Positions 26,100-41,752 of a DNA stretch of 64,000 bases are shown piece by piece. Source of the DNA: Entomortierella parvispora E1425 (lineage: Eukaryota > Fungi > Mortierellomycota); the NCBI GenBank assembly GCA_020891255.1, contig BQFW01000002.1, forward strand, positions 1 through 64,000. Reading direction: 5' to 3'. Every line of letters begins with the position of its first letter. Position 1 is the stretch's first letter. A program made the position numbers and the translations under genes. The notes beneath the pieces were generated by a model. That model made no database searches, was not told the origin of the DNA, and saw only the letters and a program-made list of their open reading frames with translations.

Positions 26100-27188
26100 G
26101 GGCAGGAGTAGAGAGGAAAGGATGCAACGGTTGTGAGGGTACAGAGATGAAGAGGTAGGACGAAGCAGGGGGGGAAGAGTGGAAGATAAAAAGAGAGAGG
26201 AATCAGGAAAGGTGGGTGATGGCGGTGCATCCAAAATGACGAGTGCGACAAGAAAATAAAAAAAAAACGCAAAAGCATTGCAGAAAATATCGGCAGTAAC
26301 GCAAAGCCCGGAGTTGCCGGACTGGGGCAAGTAAAGGAGAGGAAAGGAAAAGGGGGCGGGGAGACTGTTGCGGTCTAGCAAAGTTGAAAGAGTAGAGAGC
26401 AAGGAGAAAGGTCGCTCATTTTACAGTGAATGACATTGGTGGTATTGGCGTTGATGGATCATGGTTCGGAGGATGTGTGTCTTCTGGAAGGTGCTGTCGC
26501 GCCGTAGAGGGAGGACCCTTGGACCCTGTGCCTGGTATCCCTGCAATAGGGAGGTTTGATCCAGAGAGAGAGACCAGGGTTGGTCCTCGGACCTCAAGGG
26601 TGACAGATCATTGGCGGCTCAGTTGGCTATCTACGGATCCCACTCTCGCGACGCAAATCAAAAATATCCTGTCTACAGTATCTGATAAATGTGGCCATGG
26701 CTCTCAAGCAGCCAAAAAGTGAGGCAGCACAGGGCTCAAAGGGGTGGACACAACGGCTGTGTGTTCTTCCGGGACAGCCGACACTTTGGCAGACGGACTG
26801 GACCGCTGCGCGATTATTTATGTTTTCGCGGTGCAACGAAGACTAGGGATTCGCCAGTTGGTCGTCCAACAATCAACATTGGTCCTTCAACGACACAGGA
26901 ACAGGTTGCTCCGGTTTGGCGGACATCACATTTCTCTTTTCGGAAATTCTATCCACGCGGACAGAGTAGCTTGTCAGTGTTTAGCAATGAAGAGTGAAGG
27001 AGATGCATGGGGGGTGAAGGGATGAATGCATTTCAGTGATCAGGAGGGGATCTTCCGAGTGCAAAGAGAAGAAGAGAAAAGAGAAAAAGAAGGGCGACTG
27101 CGAGCAAGACATTCTCTGGTACATCGAAGATGGTCTCCCTCTCCGAGCTCACCCCTCTCCGCCCACAGGCCTTCAGTCAGTCGACCAG

Positions 27189-27242
27189 TTCTGCCTGTTC
27201 TGCCTGTTCTGCCAATTCTGCCAATTCAGCCAATTCAGCCAG
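27189..27242. repeat. 9-nt tandem repeat with stepwise drift (TTCTGCCTG x2, TTCTGCCAA x2, TTCAGCCAR x2)
   Basis: Read directly from the sequence. Confidence 0.85.
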
Positions 27243-28504
27243 GACCGACCGGCAGGGGCAGAAGGGGAAAGAGCGACAACAGCCAGGACAGGATGGGGAC
27301 ACGGGCCGACTGTGGGTGCGGGTTGCAGGACTGATTGACTGACTTTGATTGACTTGACTGGAGCTGGCTGTGTGGGTGTGGGTGTGTGTGTTCATTTGAG
27401 GTGGACCCTTTCTTCCTTCCTTCCTTTCATCTTTCGCTTCTTTCCTTCTCGTCGGGTTTCTCCTTCGTTTCTTTCTTTGTTTCTTTCCTTCCTTTCCTTT
27501 CCTTTCCTTTCCTTCCTTCCTTCCTTCCTTCCTCCCTCTTCCTCCCTCCTTCCTGTCATCTTTCTCTTTCTCTCCCCTGTGCATCTATTGTCCATTCGTC
27601 AGTCCTTCCTTTCATCCACTCTCATCTACATCCATTCTGTCCCCACTTCCAATCGTAAGTACTCATCCTCCCAATCCACGTCCTGGGTCATTCCTTGTTT
27701 CAGGCACCAAGTCTGAGGAGCAACTCCTCCACAGGCTGATCAGCGTCGTTCGTTCGCTTTGTTGGTTCGTTCGTTTGTTCGTTGGTCCACTTGCGCTGGA
27801 CCGATCTCCACATATTTCCCCATCCCCTTGACCGTCAGGCGACAGGGCCGCACAACCACACTTGTGGGTTCGTGCTGAGATAAAGATTAAAAAAGCTGGC
27901 ATCCTCTCCGTCCATTCAACCCTGCCAGTTTTTCAAACCACGCAAAACCGCACTCCGTCCACACTCAATTCGTTCCTTGAGCTGCGCTTTGCGCTCATCA
28001 TTGATCTATTTGCAACCAGGACATCATCAGCAAAGCCCGCCCAAAAGTGCTCTCCTGTCTTTTTTTTCTTGTTTTCCCCCCGATGATGACACTTTCTCGT
28101 TGCCCGTTCTTCGTGCGCTGCACCAGTGTCCCTGTGGCGCCGTTAGCAACAGCTGCCCCCTCTTCCTTGACTCCCTGTCCCTTCACCCCTTGTTGTTTTG
28201 TTTACTTCATGCACCTCCTTCTGCTCGACCACAGTCATCTCGACATTCTCAAGATCCACCTTTGTTTTTCCCCGAGAAAACGATATGGCCCGACGTCGCG
28301 TGCTGCTTCTTGTGGACGGGACACCCAATTCTCACTCGTGCTGGACCCTGCTCACATGTTCCTGGACCTTTCTTGCGATGTCATCGAGAGTCTCTCCTCC
28401 CCCTCTCCCTTCATACGGTTGGCACCTTACCCTTTCTAACCGTCCATCCTTCTCCTCGCATCTCACCTTTTAAGATTGCGCTCTTCTACTAGATTAGCTT
28501 TGCA

Positions 28505-30054
28505 ATGTCAGCTCAAGGAGGTTCACAGTCCGAAAAGACCGGCTCAGCAGAGTCTCTCGGCAGGTCAGGCCTTGATGCCCACGATCGCAACAGAAACAGC
28601 AACACGACGATGGTTGGCAACAGCAACGTAGCGACAGCAGCTACATCAGTCCCCCGTGGCGAAAGCCCATTGCGCTCAAACCATGACGACAAAGAATACA
28701 ACAACAACAACAGCAACAGCAGCCTTGGCCCTAATGAAAACCCCGCAGCAGCCGCTGTCCCCTCTGCCAAGCCTGTCACTGACGATCGTATTGCAAGGTC
28801 AAGAATGGGTCGCCTCTGGCATCAATTCAGCAGCCCGATTGCAAGATCAAAAGTGGGTCGTCTCTGCCATCGATTCAACAACTCTGAGACTGGACGTTTC
28901 GTGTGGTCTGTGGTTTATTTCGCTGTCGTCTGCATTGGGATGGCGTTTTGTAACCAGTTCTCGGACCATCGCTGGATCGACACTGGATACCGCTATGTCA
29001 TTCTTGAGGATCGTGGTTTCGATATCTTCCCTGCTTTGTCGAGTGATACTCCCGCCAACATCTTTGTCATGACCACCATTGTCTTTACCGTTATCGGCAT
29101 GGCGTTCATCTGCCCCAACTGGACCACTCGTGGCATTGTTCTCCGTCGCGTGTTCTGGGTCGTGGGCACCCTCAGCGTCTACCGTGCCTTGACTCTTTCT
29201 GTCACCACACTGCCTTCACCCAAGGTGGGCTGCAAGCCTGCAGATAACCGCACCTTCTGGGGAATGTTTTGGATCGCTATTCAGATGATTCCAGGAACGG
29301 TCGAGGCTTGCACAGATGATATCTTTTCTGGTCATACTGTTTTCATGTATGTTGCAGTAGAGTTTTGATCCACTTTGAATTGTAATGCTGGGGTTGGTAG
29401 CTCATATTGTCATTTCTGTCGTACTCTAGGGTTACCTGCGTTATCCAGTGGCGCTTGTACTGCCGCAATAAGTGGATCACCTATCTGTCATATTGCTACA
29501 TCACAGTCGGTCTCTACTATGTTATTGCCACTCGTCTGCACTACACGGTCGATGTCGTCTTGGCCATTTTCATCACCTACGCCGCGTGGTCCTTGTACAT
29601 GGCCATGGTCGATGTCGTGATGGAGAAGGAGTACTTTGGTCATCGCCGTCAACGCGACAAGTACCTGACCTTTGGACACCACGACGTCATTGTCGAGGAC
29701 GCTGCCAAGGATGCCGTCGAGCCTGCCGCTACTGGCAGTTTTGAGTCTAGAAGAGCTCAAGTGAACGCACGTCTGAACCGCATGCGTGGTCCCGGCATTG
29801 GCTATGACCGCACGGAGCACGACTGTGTTGCGTTTGCGCCCATGCAATACAACACTTGGTTGACCGGCGCCATTCGTTGGTGCGACGGCCTGGACCTGCG
29901 TATGCACAAGACTGGAAGGACCGTCGATACCCGCGCTGGACGTTCCTTTGAAGACGATGCCACTGCTACTTTTGCTCCCCATGTTGAACAAAAGCAACAT
30001 GTCCGCGATACCACCATTGCACCTGTTGCCCTCGACAGCATCGTGGTATCATAG
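28505..30054 (+). CDS. Sphingomyelin-synthase-family (PAP2 superfamily) phosphosphingolipid synthase, 2 exons
   Basis: Motifs LEDRGFDIFP, RALTLSVTTLPSP, CTDDIFSGHT and HYTVDVVLA; about 6 TM segments. Confidence 0.9.
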
Positions 30055-30277
30055 TTCAGAATCTATCCTCCTCATCTTATATATCTATCTCCCTACATCT
30101 CACTAATAATAACAGCCGTGTTTTTTCATTCATTCTTGATATTGATTGTGAATTTTTTATTTTCTTTCTTATTTCGCCGGTGAGGCGAGGGGGGGGTTTT
30201 TTATGGTTGTGATACCAGGACAGAGAGTTCTCATGGTGGACGAGGTTGATCTCAAGTTGTTGGACTGTATGCACTGT

Positions 30278-33200
30278 TTACGCGACGTATGAGAATGTAT
30301 CCTTCTGACCTTCCACACGCTCAATGTACTCCTTCTCCAACAAGACATCAATGCACTTCTTGATATCGGGCACACGAGGCTTGAAGCGGGTCTGGAGCTG
30401 CGTGATGACTTCTGTCATCAAAGCACCGTGCTTCATCACCTTGCGCGTCTTCATGATACGAACAATAGCAGCCTGCATCAACAGCTTGCGATCCTCCTCG
30501 ATGGTCTTGTGTGTTTGCTCAGTTTCCACCTTTTGTTCTGCCTTGATGGGCAAGTTCAGGTTGACACGGATCTTTTTGCTATAAATGTCAAAAAGGAAGG
30601 ATTAATACACAAAGATATAGAGGTGCGAGCCTTTTCATCCATCCAAACCAAAAATTGTAACAAACGAACCTCTTAAATTCCAAGTTGAGGTCATATCGAG
30701 TGCCTTCATCGCCGACGTTGGTGCCGTTCTCGAGCATCAATACCTTGGCCTTGACAAGAATACCCAAAGCACCGGCCAGGATATCTGTGTTGAGGTTGGT
30801 TTGAGCCTTCAACTCCTCAAAGGTATAGGACAATCCGTTGTTGTACTGGAGCAGAATGCCCATCTGGTAGGTCGACGTCTGGAACATGTAACCGGTTTTG
30901 CTGGACTTGATATAGTTGGTCTTCAGGTCGGCCTTGGACAGCTGGAAGAGCCAGTTCAACTTACGACCAGAGTGCTTGTCCTGGTAGAATGCCTGGAAGC
31001 GCTCATACGTTTTGACGACCTCATCGGGCAAGTTGAATGATGTCGCTGGGGGTTGCAGTGGCCATGAAGCAGTTCCCAGCACAAGGATGTTGAAGTCGAC
31101 AGTGTTGTCTGAGGCATCGTGGTTCAATGACATCTTGTCCCTGAACTGATCATTGAGCTCCTTGGAAAGACCCATATCCGTGAACATGCGCTGAAGTTTG
31201 GAGGTGTATTCGAAACCACAGGCCTCCTTCAATCTCGAAATCATACCAGCCTCCGCATCGTCCGAAGCCGATGTATCGTTGACAAGACGCTTGGCCAACA
31301 TCTTTGAGTAGAACTTTTGGAACACATCCTTGTCCTCCACATACTTGAAAACGGTCATCTAAATGTACAATTGCATGTCTACGGTTAGATGGATATCACA
31401 GGGATGAGGTGCTTTTCTTCAAAAGTGCGCGCCATGATTCTTACGATGCTGTTCAAGATGTCCTCCAAATCACCCTCCTCAGGGTTCTTTGAGCTCTTAC
31501 GAAGAAGAGCATCGCAGTAGCGTGCCAGCAATTCTGGGGACTTTGAGGTCGAGGTCTTGCAAATCTTGTTTCGGTTCACGAACTCGCGACAAGCCTTATC
31601 CAACGAGGCCACAAATCCAGCCTCTCCTCTGAAAGCTGTTTGTACAAGGTCATTGTACTTCTTGTGGACTTCAAGCAATGCGTCAACGTACACCTTGGGC
31701 TCCTTTTCGGTTGATAAAGCAATAGATTGAAAGAGTCAGTTACCTGAACTTTTTCGAAGTCGCGACATAGTATCGACTACACCAACTTACAAGACTGTCT
31801 GGTGACTCTGCAGACTCGGCGGCAATCTTCTCAATGGCACTCAAACCAGCTTTGCGAACATGGGCCTCGAATCGAGCACGCAATGGATCAAGTCCCTCAG
31901 GAATGCGGAGCAAAAGAGAGAACATACGGAAGAGGTCCTCCTGCTTGTCCTGGTTCAACAAATTCTGGAACTCTTCCCAAATAATCTCGGCATGGCCCTT
32001 GACAAGAACAGTCTCGCACTTTTGAATGAGAGGCTTGTGTGTGCTGGGGTGAAGGTACATTTGAACTCGAGTCTCCTCCTCTGCCAAGCGGGTTTCCGCC
32101 TAAAGAATAAATATATTCTGGTAAGGTCCACGAACCTACGGCAATATACCATTATGGAGATTATCAGAACCAAAAAAAATTACCTTCTTCATGTATTCCG
32201 TTACGCTATTTTCGCTCAAGAACTTGTCAGATTCCATCTTGTAGTACACCTCCGTGGCGTTGACAAATGGAGTCTCAAAGTAAAGGCGGTAGACCTCCAA
32301 AGTAGTCTTCTTGGAGTCGTTCTCATCCAACCCGAGAGAAACTATTGCGATCCGTGGGATTTGGTCAGAAAACAGGTCGGCTTTTCATATCGACTGGTTT
32401 TGCAAAAAAACAACAGCCAAAAAAAAAAAAAAAAAAAAAAAACGTACCGAATGATTCAACAACGTTCTTCAAGAGGCTGGTTTCAACAGACTCGCCGTTT
32501 CTCTGGCGCTCGATTAGCTGCAAGACGGCGGCCATGACATTTCTTTCAACATGGCTAAATAGACTGTCCTTCCAGCTGACAAGGGCGAGCTAATAACGCC
32601 AAAAAAAAGGCAGGCAAATGAAGCGATATTAGTCTTTGGTCCTTCAACCATGACCCAGTGAGGCATGCAGGTATAACGACGTACAGTGCCAACATCGTGC
32701 ACGGTCTTGCGTCCTTCATCAATCTCGCGCTTGACCCAGTGGCGGTTCAGATACGTAAACAGATGGTGGACATAGGTCGATGCCTCTGTGAACTTGACCC
32801 ACTGCTTTGTGTAGTACTCAAGAAGCGACACATCCATAAATTTTTCGGAATCCTTTCGAATCCCATTAAGATGCTGCTGAAAGTAACGAATCAAATGTGC
32901 GTACAAGTCACTGCCGCCCAACGTGGCACCTACAGGGGATAGCAAAAGAAGGGAGGGTCAGGATGAGGCGATGTAGAGTGGACAATGGAGGCGCAGTCAG
33001 AGCCTTGGCTGCGACATGGCTGTCGACGAGAGTGACTGATCCTTTTACCTCGAGTCTGGATGGATGCAGTCATGCCATCGCCTGTAGTCTTTGTGGTGCA
33101 GTAATTGTAGATGACACTGTCGACAAAATACCAAAGCAGATAGGCGTTAGTCAATGTCGTGTATTGCAAGCACGGTGTGGACACGCGCGCACCAGCGCGA

Positions 33201-33621
33201 AGGATGATTGCAATGTTCAGAAGCAAGCGCCGCGTCCTTTGTTCAATGTCAAGGGGGTTGGAGGCAAAGCAAGAGTCTGCCCTACTGCGGTCGATGGTCT
33301 GCTGTGCCATTATCCACTGCGTCTCCAAAGGCCTCGCTCGTCTTTCCCAGTGAGTTGTCGACTCGCGTGCTGCGGTGCATCTGAGAATGCGAAAAGAAGC
33401 ACTCTTGGCAATGTCGCAGAACGTGGACGCGGCTATGCCCAACGACACTAATCCAGCAAAGAACAAGAAAATAAAGACGAAATACATTACGTGTAGATCT
33501 CCATGTAACGCTTGTAGGTCAAACCCTCCTCGAGGCGGTTCATGATCTGATCAATTCCCTGCTGGAGGAAGGCCCAGGTGACATTGATGTCGGAGCCATG
33601 GGGCGGGGGCTGGGAAGACAT
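30278..33621 (-). CDS. CUL1: Cullin-1 (SCF scaffold), multi-exon
   Basis: N-terminal [13 protein letters not shown]...YMEIYT; [11 protein letters not shown]; [22 protein letters not shown]; neddylation motif [11 protein letters not shown]. Confidence 0.97.
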
Positions 33622-34962
33622 GGTTGACTGTGCTGCTTTTGGTTCCTGAAACGGGCGATGGGGCGCAAAGAAGAAAGGTGGAGGAGGAATAAATGAGAAA
33701 AGAAGGGGGGGGGGAGCAAGGACAAGCGCGCAGAGGAAGGACGGGAACAGGGGGTGATGGTGACAAGCAGAAGAAAAGAAAAAAAAGGGAATCAAAGAAA
33801 AGAAAGGGACCACATGATGCAAGGCATGCCTTGCCTTTGCCACCACAGACTCAGAGCCTCAGAGGGCGAACTGACGTGGTGGGGTGGGGTCTTTGATCGA
33901 GTCACGTGCAAAGCACTGCCTCAAATTCAAGGCCTCCTAGATCACACCCTTAAGATCGCGCTCGTCGGCTGTGGGACGAGATTGGGCTGGGCCGGAAGTC
34001 TCAGCGGGTTGGGGGACAGTGCGGCACTTGCTGTTGTTCCCACCTTTTCCACGGCCGTTTCAGGTCCCAGGCACCTCGTATCATCCCCATTCAAAAAAGT
34101 GCCTCAACCCGCTCGAAGGACCAGGCTGCCACCGCACTGTCAAAAGACACTTTGTACATTTCGCACGTAGCTGCAGGGCCTACACTTCTCGAAGGAATAG
34201 GGAGCAGAAAGTGAATGTTCTCGAACGATCTCCGTTTGAAAACCAGTCTGTCCCTGACCATCGAGGTAATTCCAACTGCTCAGAGATATTGGAATGTCCG
34301 CCTGGACATTTTGAATATTCTCTGGTCTTGTTGAGGTCGCTGCAGCCCTTCCCACTCGCCCACAGCTCGGGAGCCAAAGTCTGCGTCTTGCGGAGGGTCG
34401 AATGGAACGTGCCAACGCCGCCTAAGGTTGGGCGCAAATAAAATAGCGAGTCCAAGATCTTTCTGTCCGTCACAGCCAACAGTGCAGCCATGAGGCAACA
34501 AAAAAGCAGGGGAGCAAAAAGCAGACCGCGTGCATTGGGGTGGCACAGACAATTGCTGGCAAAGGGTGTAAGCAGCAAGGGATCATTGTTCTTGCCCCAG
34601 CAACAAGAAACCACCACCGTTCATGCCAGCCACAGCTTTCTTTTTCTTTCTTACTGACCACACTGGCTGACAACACTCCTGGAGTTTCCCGCGCTGCTTC
34701 CGCCCTTCCTGACCTTCTCAAGTCCAAAGTTCTTTAAGCGCGTCTTTTTTTTTTTTTTTTTTTTTTTTGAGTGACCTTCCCGCTTACTGCTCACATCCAT
34801 ATTTTCCCCTTCCCTCATTTTTTTTTTTTTCATATTTGTTCTTCCCACTGCTCTCCCCCTCTTTTTCTCTTCTCATTACTTCAGCAACTCCTTCGCATCT
34901 CGCACCTTTCCATCCGTAACTCTCTCTCTCCATTCCTCATCTCTCAGTCGAGCTTTTGAACA

Positions 34963-37341
34963 ATGTCCCAGCCCCAGGAACAAGGCGAGCCTATCGTCAA
35001 CGTGGAAACGGTCGTTACCGTCTTGCCCGATGGTCGCAAGGTCACAAAGACCATCAAGAAGATCACCCACTCTTATCAAGTCAAAGTTCCCGCTGGTACC
35101 CCTGTCCCTGAAGGGGCCACCCTTATCTCAACAGTCGCGGCCGAGGGTTCGCACGGCTTCGGCAACGGCAACGGCCAGGGCCAGGGCCATCAAATTCAGT
35201 ACAGTGCAGGAAACCCTGGCATCCCCCAGGAGCACGCTCAGCCTCATGATTACAAGCCCTTTACCAACTTCAACGAGACCGTCAACAGTCAGTTCGGTGA
35301 CAGTGGCGTCGTCAAGACCGAGCCCACTGTTGTGGTCGAGTCCTCAATTGGACCCGACGGACGCAAGGTGACGAAGACTACGACCACAACCTCCTCGTCC
35401 TCGTCTTCTGGCTCACCTTCTTCCTTGTCCAAGTTCTTCAAGCGTGTAAGTGAGGTGTTTTGTTTGCTTCCCGAAAAGTGAACGACCCATGTTCAGGCGT
35501 TTTCGAGTTGGTTTGGAAACAAGGGTCATGACACCATTCGATGGCCAACAACGCGTCTTTCTCGCGTCTCCTTAATGCCTCAAATTGCCGCGACACTCTT
35601 GTTTACGTTCTCATGTTGTTTTCTCTCTCTCTCTCCCTCCCTCCTTTATTTGTCTTTGGGCATGCTTTATTCAGTTCTCTCTTCACTCTGGCGATTCGTC
35701 TTCCGACCTCAAGCCCCTGCCTGCTGCACCTGTTGCTCATGCTCCAGTCCACATTCAGGCTCAGGCTCAGGTACAGGCTCAGCCCGAGACCCTTTTCCAC
35801 AAGCCTCACCCCCCTCTGCCAATTGTGCAGCACGAGGTCACATCCGAAGTCAAAAACGTACGTGTCAAGCGCGAAGAGGCTAAACACGCCGACGGTAGTA
35901 GAGTTGCACTTTCCAACTGCAGTGGAGAACGCAGAGCATTGCTTATCGGTATCAACTACACTGGCATGGCCAATCCTCTGCACGGTAAGGTGGCAAAGTA
36001 GATTTAGTATATTATTATGTTGACGCCAATTGGGCTGAAGGATCAGTGGATCTAATGACCGCCTTGTCGTATGACATTGTAGGATGTGTGAACGATACCG
36101 CGGTGATGAAAAACTTCCTTCTTGGTGTTGGATTCGAGGACGAGAACATCCGCATCCTCACAGATGACCAACACAACACGCCATGGATGCCCACTCGCCA
36201 AAACATCTTTGACAGTCTCAGTTGGTTGATCAGGGACGCCAAAAAGAACGACTCGTAAGCAATGAGAATGCACCCGTTCGTCTTGACTTTTCGAGCCTCA
36301 GTCACATTGCGACTCTTCGCAAAAGTTGACATCAAAGACCTTATTGTTGCTATTCTGTATAGGTACTTCTTGCACTACTCTGGTCATGGTGGCCAGGTCG
36401 AGGATCTGGATGGAGACGAAACTGATGGAATGGACAACTGTATCTTCCCATTGGACCACCAACAGAGCGGTGTCATCATTGACGACGTAAGGACCTAACT
36501 ACTTGGTTTTTTTTGTCGAGATTTTTTCTACTTGTTTTTCTGATAAGCCATTATCAATCCTCTAGGAACTACACAACGTCCTTGTCAAAGCTTTGCCCCC
36601 TGGCGTGCGTTTGACTGTTGTTTTTGACTGCTGCCATTCTGGATCGGCATTGGATTTGCCATACATGTACGCGAGCACCGGTTATATCCGTGGCTCGAAC
36701 GCACTCCAAAACTTGGGCCATGAACTTGTGGAGGGCAACTTTGATGCCGAGGCTTTGAAGGAGTTGCAACACAAATGGCAGATTTTGCAAGAGGAAGAGA
36801 AGGAGTTTGCCCGACAGGTCAAGCTGAAGGCAGCAGATGCTGATGTGATCATGTTCAGCGGGTAAAGTTTTGCCAGAGATTAACGTTGGAAGTTTTTTTG
36901 AGCTCGGCGTCCATGTTGGAAAGGTTGACTGGGTGAATCACTCGGCTACAGTACTTACCTCTCCCGGTTTTCTTGTTCGTGGTGAATAGTTGCAAGGATG
37001 ACCAGACTTCGGCTGATGTCAGTATTACAAGGGGAGGAAACACATCCTCGAACGGTGCGATGACATACGCCTTCACAAAGTGGTGAGTTTTTTTTTTGTC
37101 TTTTTTTTTTGGGTTGTTCTATCTCTCAAGGACCGCAATGTCTTGTCAACGTCGGTGCACCATTTCTGACTCGAGGCTTTGTCTCTAATCTCTTTCAATA
37201 CATAGCATCCGTGAAAACCCAGTGCAGTCTTACCAGGAGATGTTGAACAACATCCGGGACCTGCTCAAGGACAGGTACAAGCAGCGACCCCAGCTCAGCT
37301 CGTCTCGACCCATGAACATGCAGGAGCTCTTCCACATGTAG
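34963..37341 (+). CDS. MCA1: Type I metacaspase with atypical N-terminal extension
   Basis: [15 protein letters not shown], catalytic HYSGHGG and DCCHSG, and [11 protein letters not shown]. Confidence 0.93.
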
Positions 37342-37816
37342 AGTGTGATATGATAGCAGCCATTGGCTTTTCTGATAAGAATGAAGTGAAGAAAAGAAGA
37401 CGGAGGAAGAAGAGAAGTGGGTCTGTGATCGAGAACATGAGAACATGACCAGGGCAGAGACAGCGAGTGAGGACTGAGTTTCCCTCTTTCTTTTTTTTTG
37501 CCACCAATAAATCGAATGTGACGTACAGGAATGGAATGGATGAATGAATGACACGCACCGTCAGAATCACGTGCCGTCCCGCACCGTCCGCACCCCGCCT
37601 GCCTGCCTGCACGCACTTTTATTGTGTTCGTGCCTGCCTTCCTGATCCGACTGCAATCGCTGCAATCGGATCTCCCGATGGAGGGACGGACGGACCGACG
37701 GGGCGGGAGGACGACGGCGGCCTCTTAAGAAGCCTTCGTTCTTTTCTCTTCTCTTTTCTTCTCTTCTTCTTTTTTTCATCTTCATCTCCTCATCACCCCC
37801 ACTCCACTCAACCACA

Positions 37817-39719
<1,903 letters not shown>

Positions 39720-39904
39720 GTACCTTCCCTTCATCACTTTGCATGACTCCCCCTCCCTTTCTATCCACTACATCTGTTCATAGCTACTTTGGAATGCTCC
39801 AGTGAGAATTGTCAAAAACCACATTCAACTGGACAGCATAGACGTCAATAAAACACCCCAATAATATAGAATGCAACGCGATGCTGTTGATTGTTTTATT
39901 ATCA

Positions 39905-40369
39905 CTACGTGAAGTCGTAGAGGTATTTGTCAATGTCGAACTTTGTGCTTTTAGCCAGTGCCTTGATTGTCTCGTAGCTGACATTGCATTTGCACTTTAT
40001 GGAATCCAGCTTGTCCATTGGCGTGACCCGTTGCAGCAAACGTAAAGACACCAACGAGGCGATCTGTGTATGCACATGGACAGTCTCCTCTGCTTCTTCG
40101 TCGAGAATACTGTAAAAGATGGCCAGCATGCGCTCAATTGGAAACGTCTTGGGCCCCAACAGTTGTTGTCGTAGTTTTGATCCCAGGCTGTCGTGTCCAT
40201 GTCTCTTGGCGGCTGCAACCTTGGCCCGCTTGGTCATCTTGCCGCCCTGATTCGAAACTTTTGCAAAGTAGCGCATGTCCAATCGCGGTGGATTATACGA
40301 GGCCAGAAACGCAGCAATCAGAATGAACTTTGTAAAGTAAGGCAGGTCGAAAACATCTAGGCGGTGATA

Positions 40370-40406
<37 letters not shown>

Positions 40407-41752
40407 TAAGCGCAATGCACAAAATATCAACGTATTTCCAAGTAAACAAGATCGACTTCAGGAACACACTTACTTTGAACGGATACGGCCGTCATCATGG
40501 CGCGCTCGCTTCCCGGAGCTCCAGAGACCATGCGGGATGAAGATGAATCACCATCTGTTCGAGAGTGCAATGATCCTCCAGCAGCCTGCGTTGTGCGATC
40601 CGACCACTCCATACTTGAAATCTCTCGCAAATAGATCTTGTCCATGGCCTCCACAAAGTACGCTTGAATATGGCGATGGAGCTTCAATCCTTCATGTCGC
40701 TGAATCTTGCCCTCCTTCACGGGCTTGACGTAGAGTGGAAACAGTAACGCCACCAGATGCCGGATCTCGTTCAAATCCTTGCAATTCCTCTGAAAGACGT
40801 CATAGACCAAATCCACAAAACGCATGTAAAGTTCTGCATCTTCGCCCTCTGGCAAGTCGCGCTCCAGGATGGCAACGGTTTCACTCTTGGAATACTGCGG
40901 GAAATGAAGGATGATCGGTTCATATCCACCCGTCTTGGACCGGAACTTTTCCCAGACGATTGTAGTGATCAGAATGACGCAGATGTTTCGACCGGTAAGC
41001 TCCTGAAGCCTCATCAAAACTGGAATTAACGTCGGTGCCGTGTCTCTCAAGCGCTCGGCTCGGTCGAGAACGAGGTAACGTGTATCCTTGCCGCCTTTGA
41101 TACGTTGATCGTTTGTTTGTTCCTGAGATCCGGCCATTTCCTGATCTTCAGCCGTATCAATGTCGTCCTGGTCACAAATCCGCCGGCACCACTCTACAAA
41201 CTCGTTGACGTTCTCACATTTCTCCCAAGATGTATCCACATGGGAAGATGAGGAAGCTGGCCGTTTTCTCTTTCGAGTATCTTTTTTGGTCGATCCCGAA
41301 CTTTGACTCGTCGCTGAAGGGTGTGTGGCCGACTCGTCTTCAGTAGGCGGTGCGTGGATCCTTGGACGTGTCCCTTTTGGCGCGCTCCGAAACTGATAAA
41401 TGGCGTGCTCGAAAATAAGGCGAGGGGTATGGCATTCGACACAGTCAATAAAGGCATATCGACTTGGGCTGTGATGGCCCAATGTGGTCGCGAGAATATT
41501 TTTCACGACGGCTGTTTTTCCTACGGAGGAATTGCCATTGACCAGAAGTGATGGTGGTGTCGGTGAACATGGCTAGATTGAATGGATGGGTGCATCAACG
41601 AGATCAGGGCTTCGGGTTAGCTTCATTAGCAAAGGGTTGTGGACTGCAGGCGATGGTGTTTGCCTTACCTGGCCCATGAAACTGAGGATCTGGTCAATTT
41701 GCTTGGCTCGTCCTGGGAACATGCCATGGAGCTGGTCCCGTGCCTGTGCCAT
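39905..41752 (-). CDS. ORC5: Origin recognition complex subunit 5
   Basis: FPGRAKQIDQIL; Walker A GNSSVGKT; AFIDCVECHTPRLIFE; LVLDRAERLRD; C-terminal QIASLVSLRLL winged helix. Confidence 0.93.

Noticed and set aside
26100-26402. 101-aa N-terminal extension of the Kelch ORF in the ORF track
   Set aside because: It starts at a non-ATG codon in pyrimidine-rich UTR-like sequence; the ATG at 26099 precedes a signal peptide.
32897-33487. ORFs of about 185 aa on both strands inside CUL1
   Set aside because: They span CUL1 introns 1-2 and a short real exon ([12 protein letters not shown]...); no independent coding signal.
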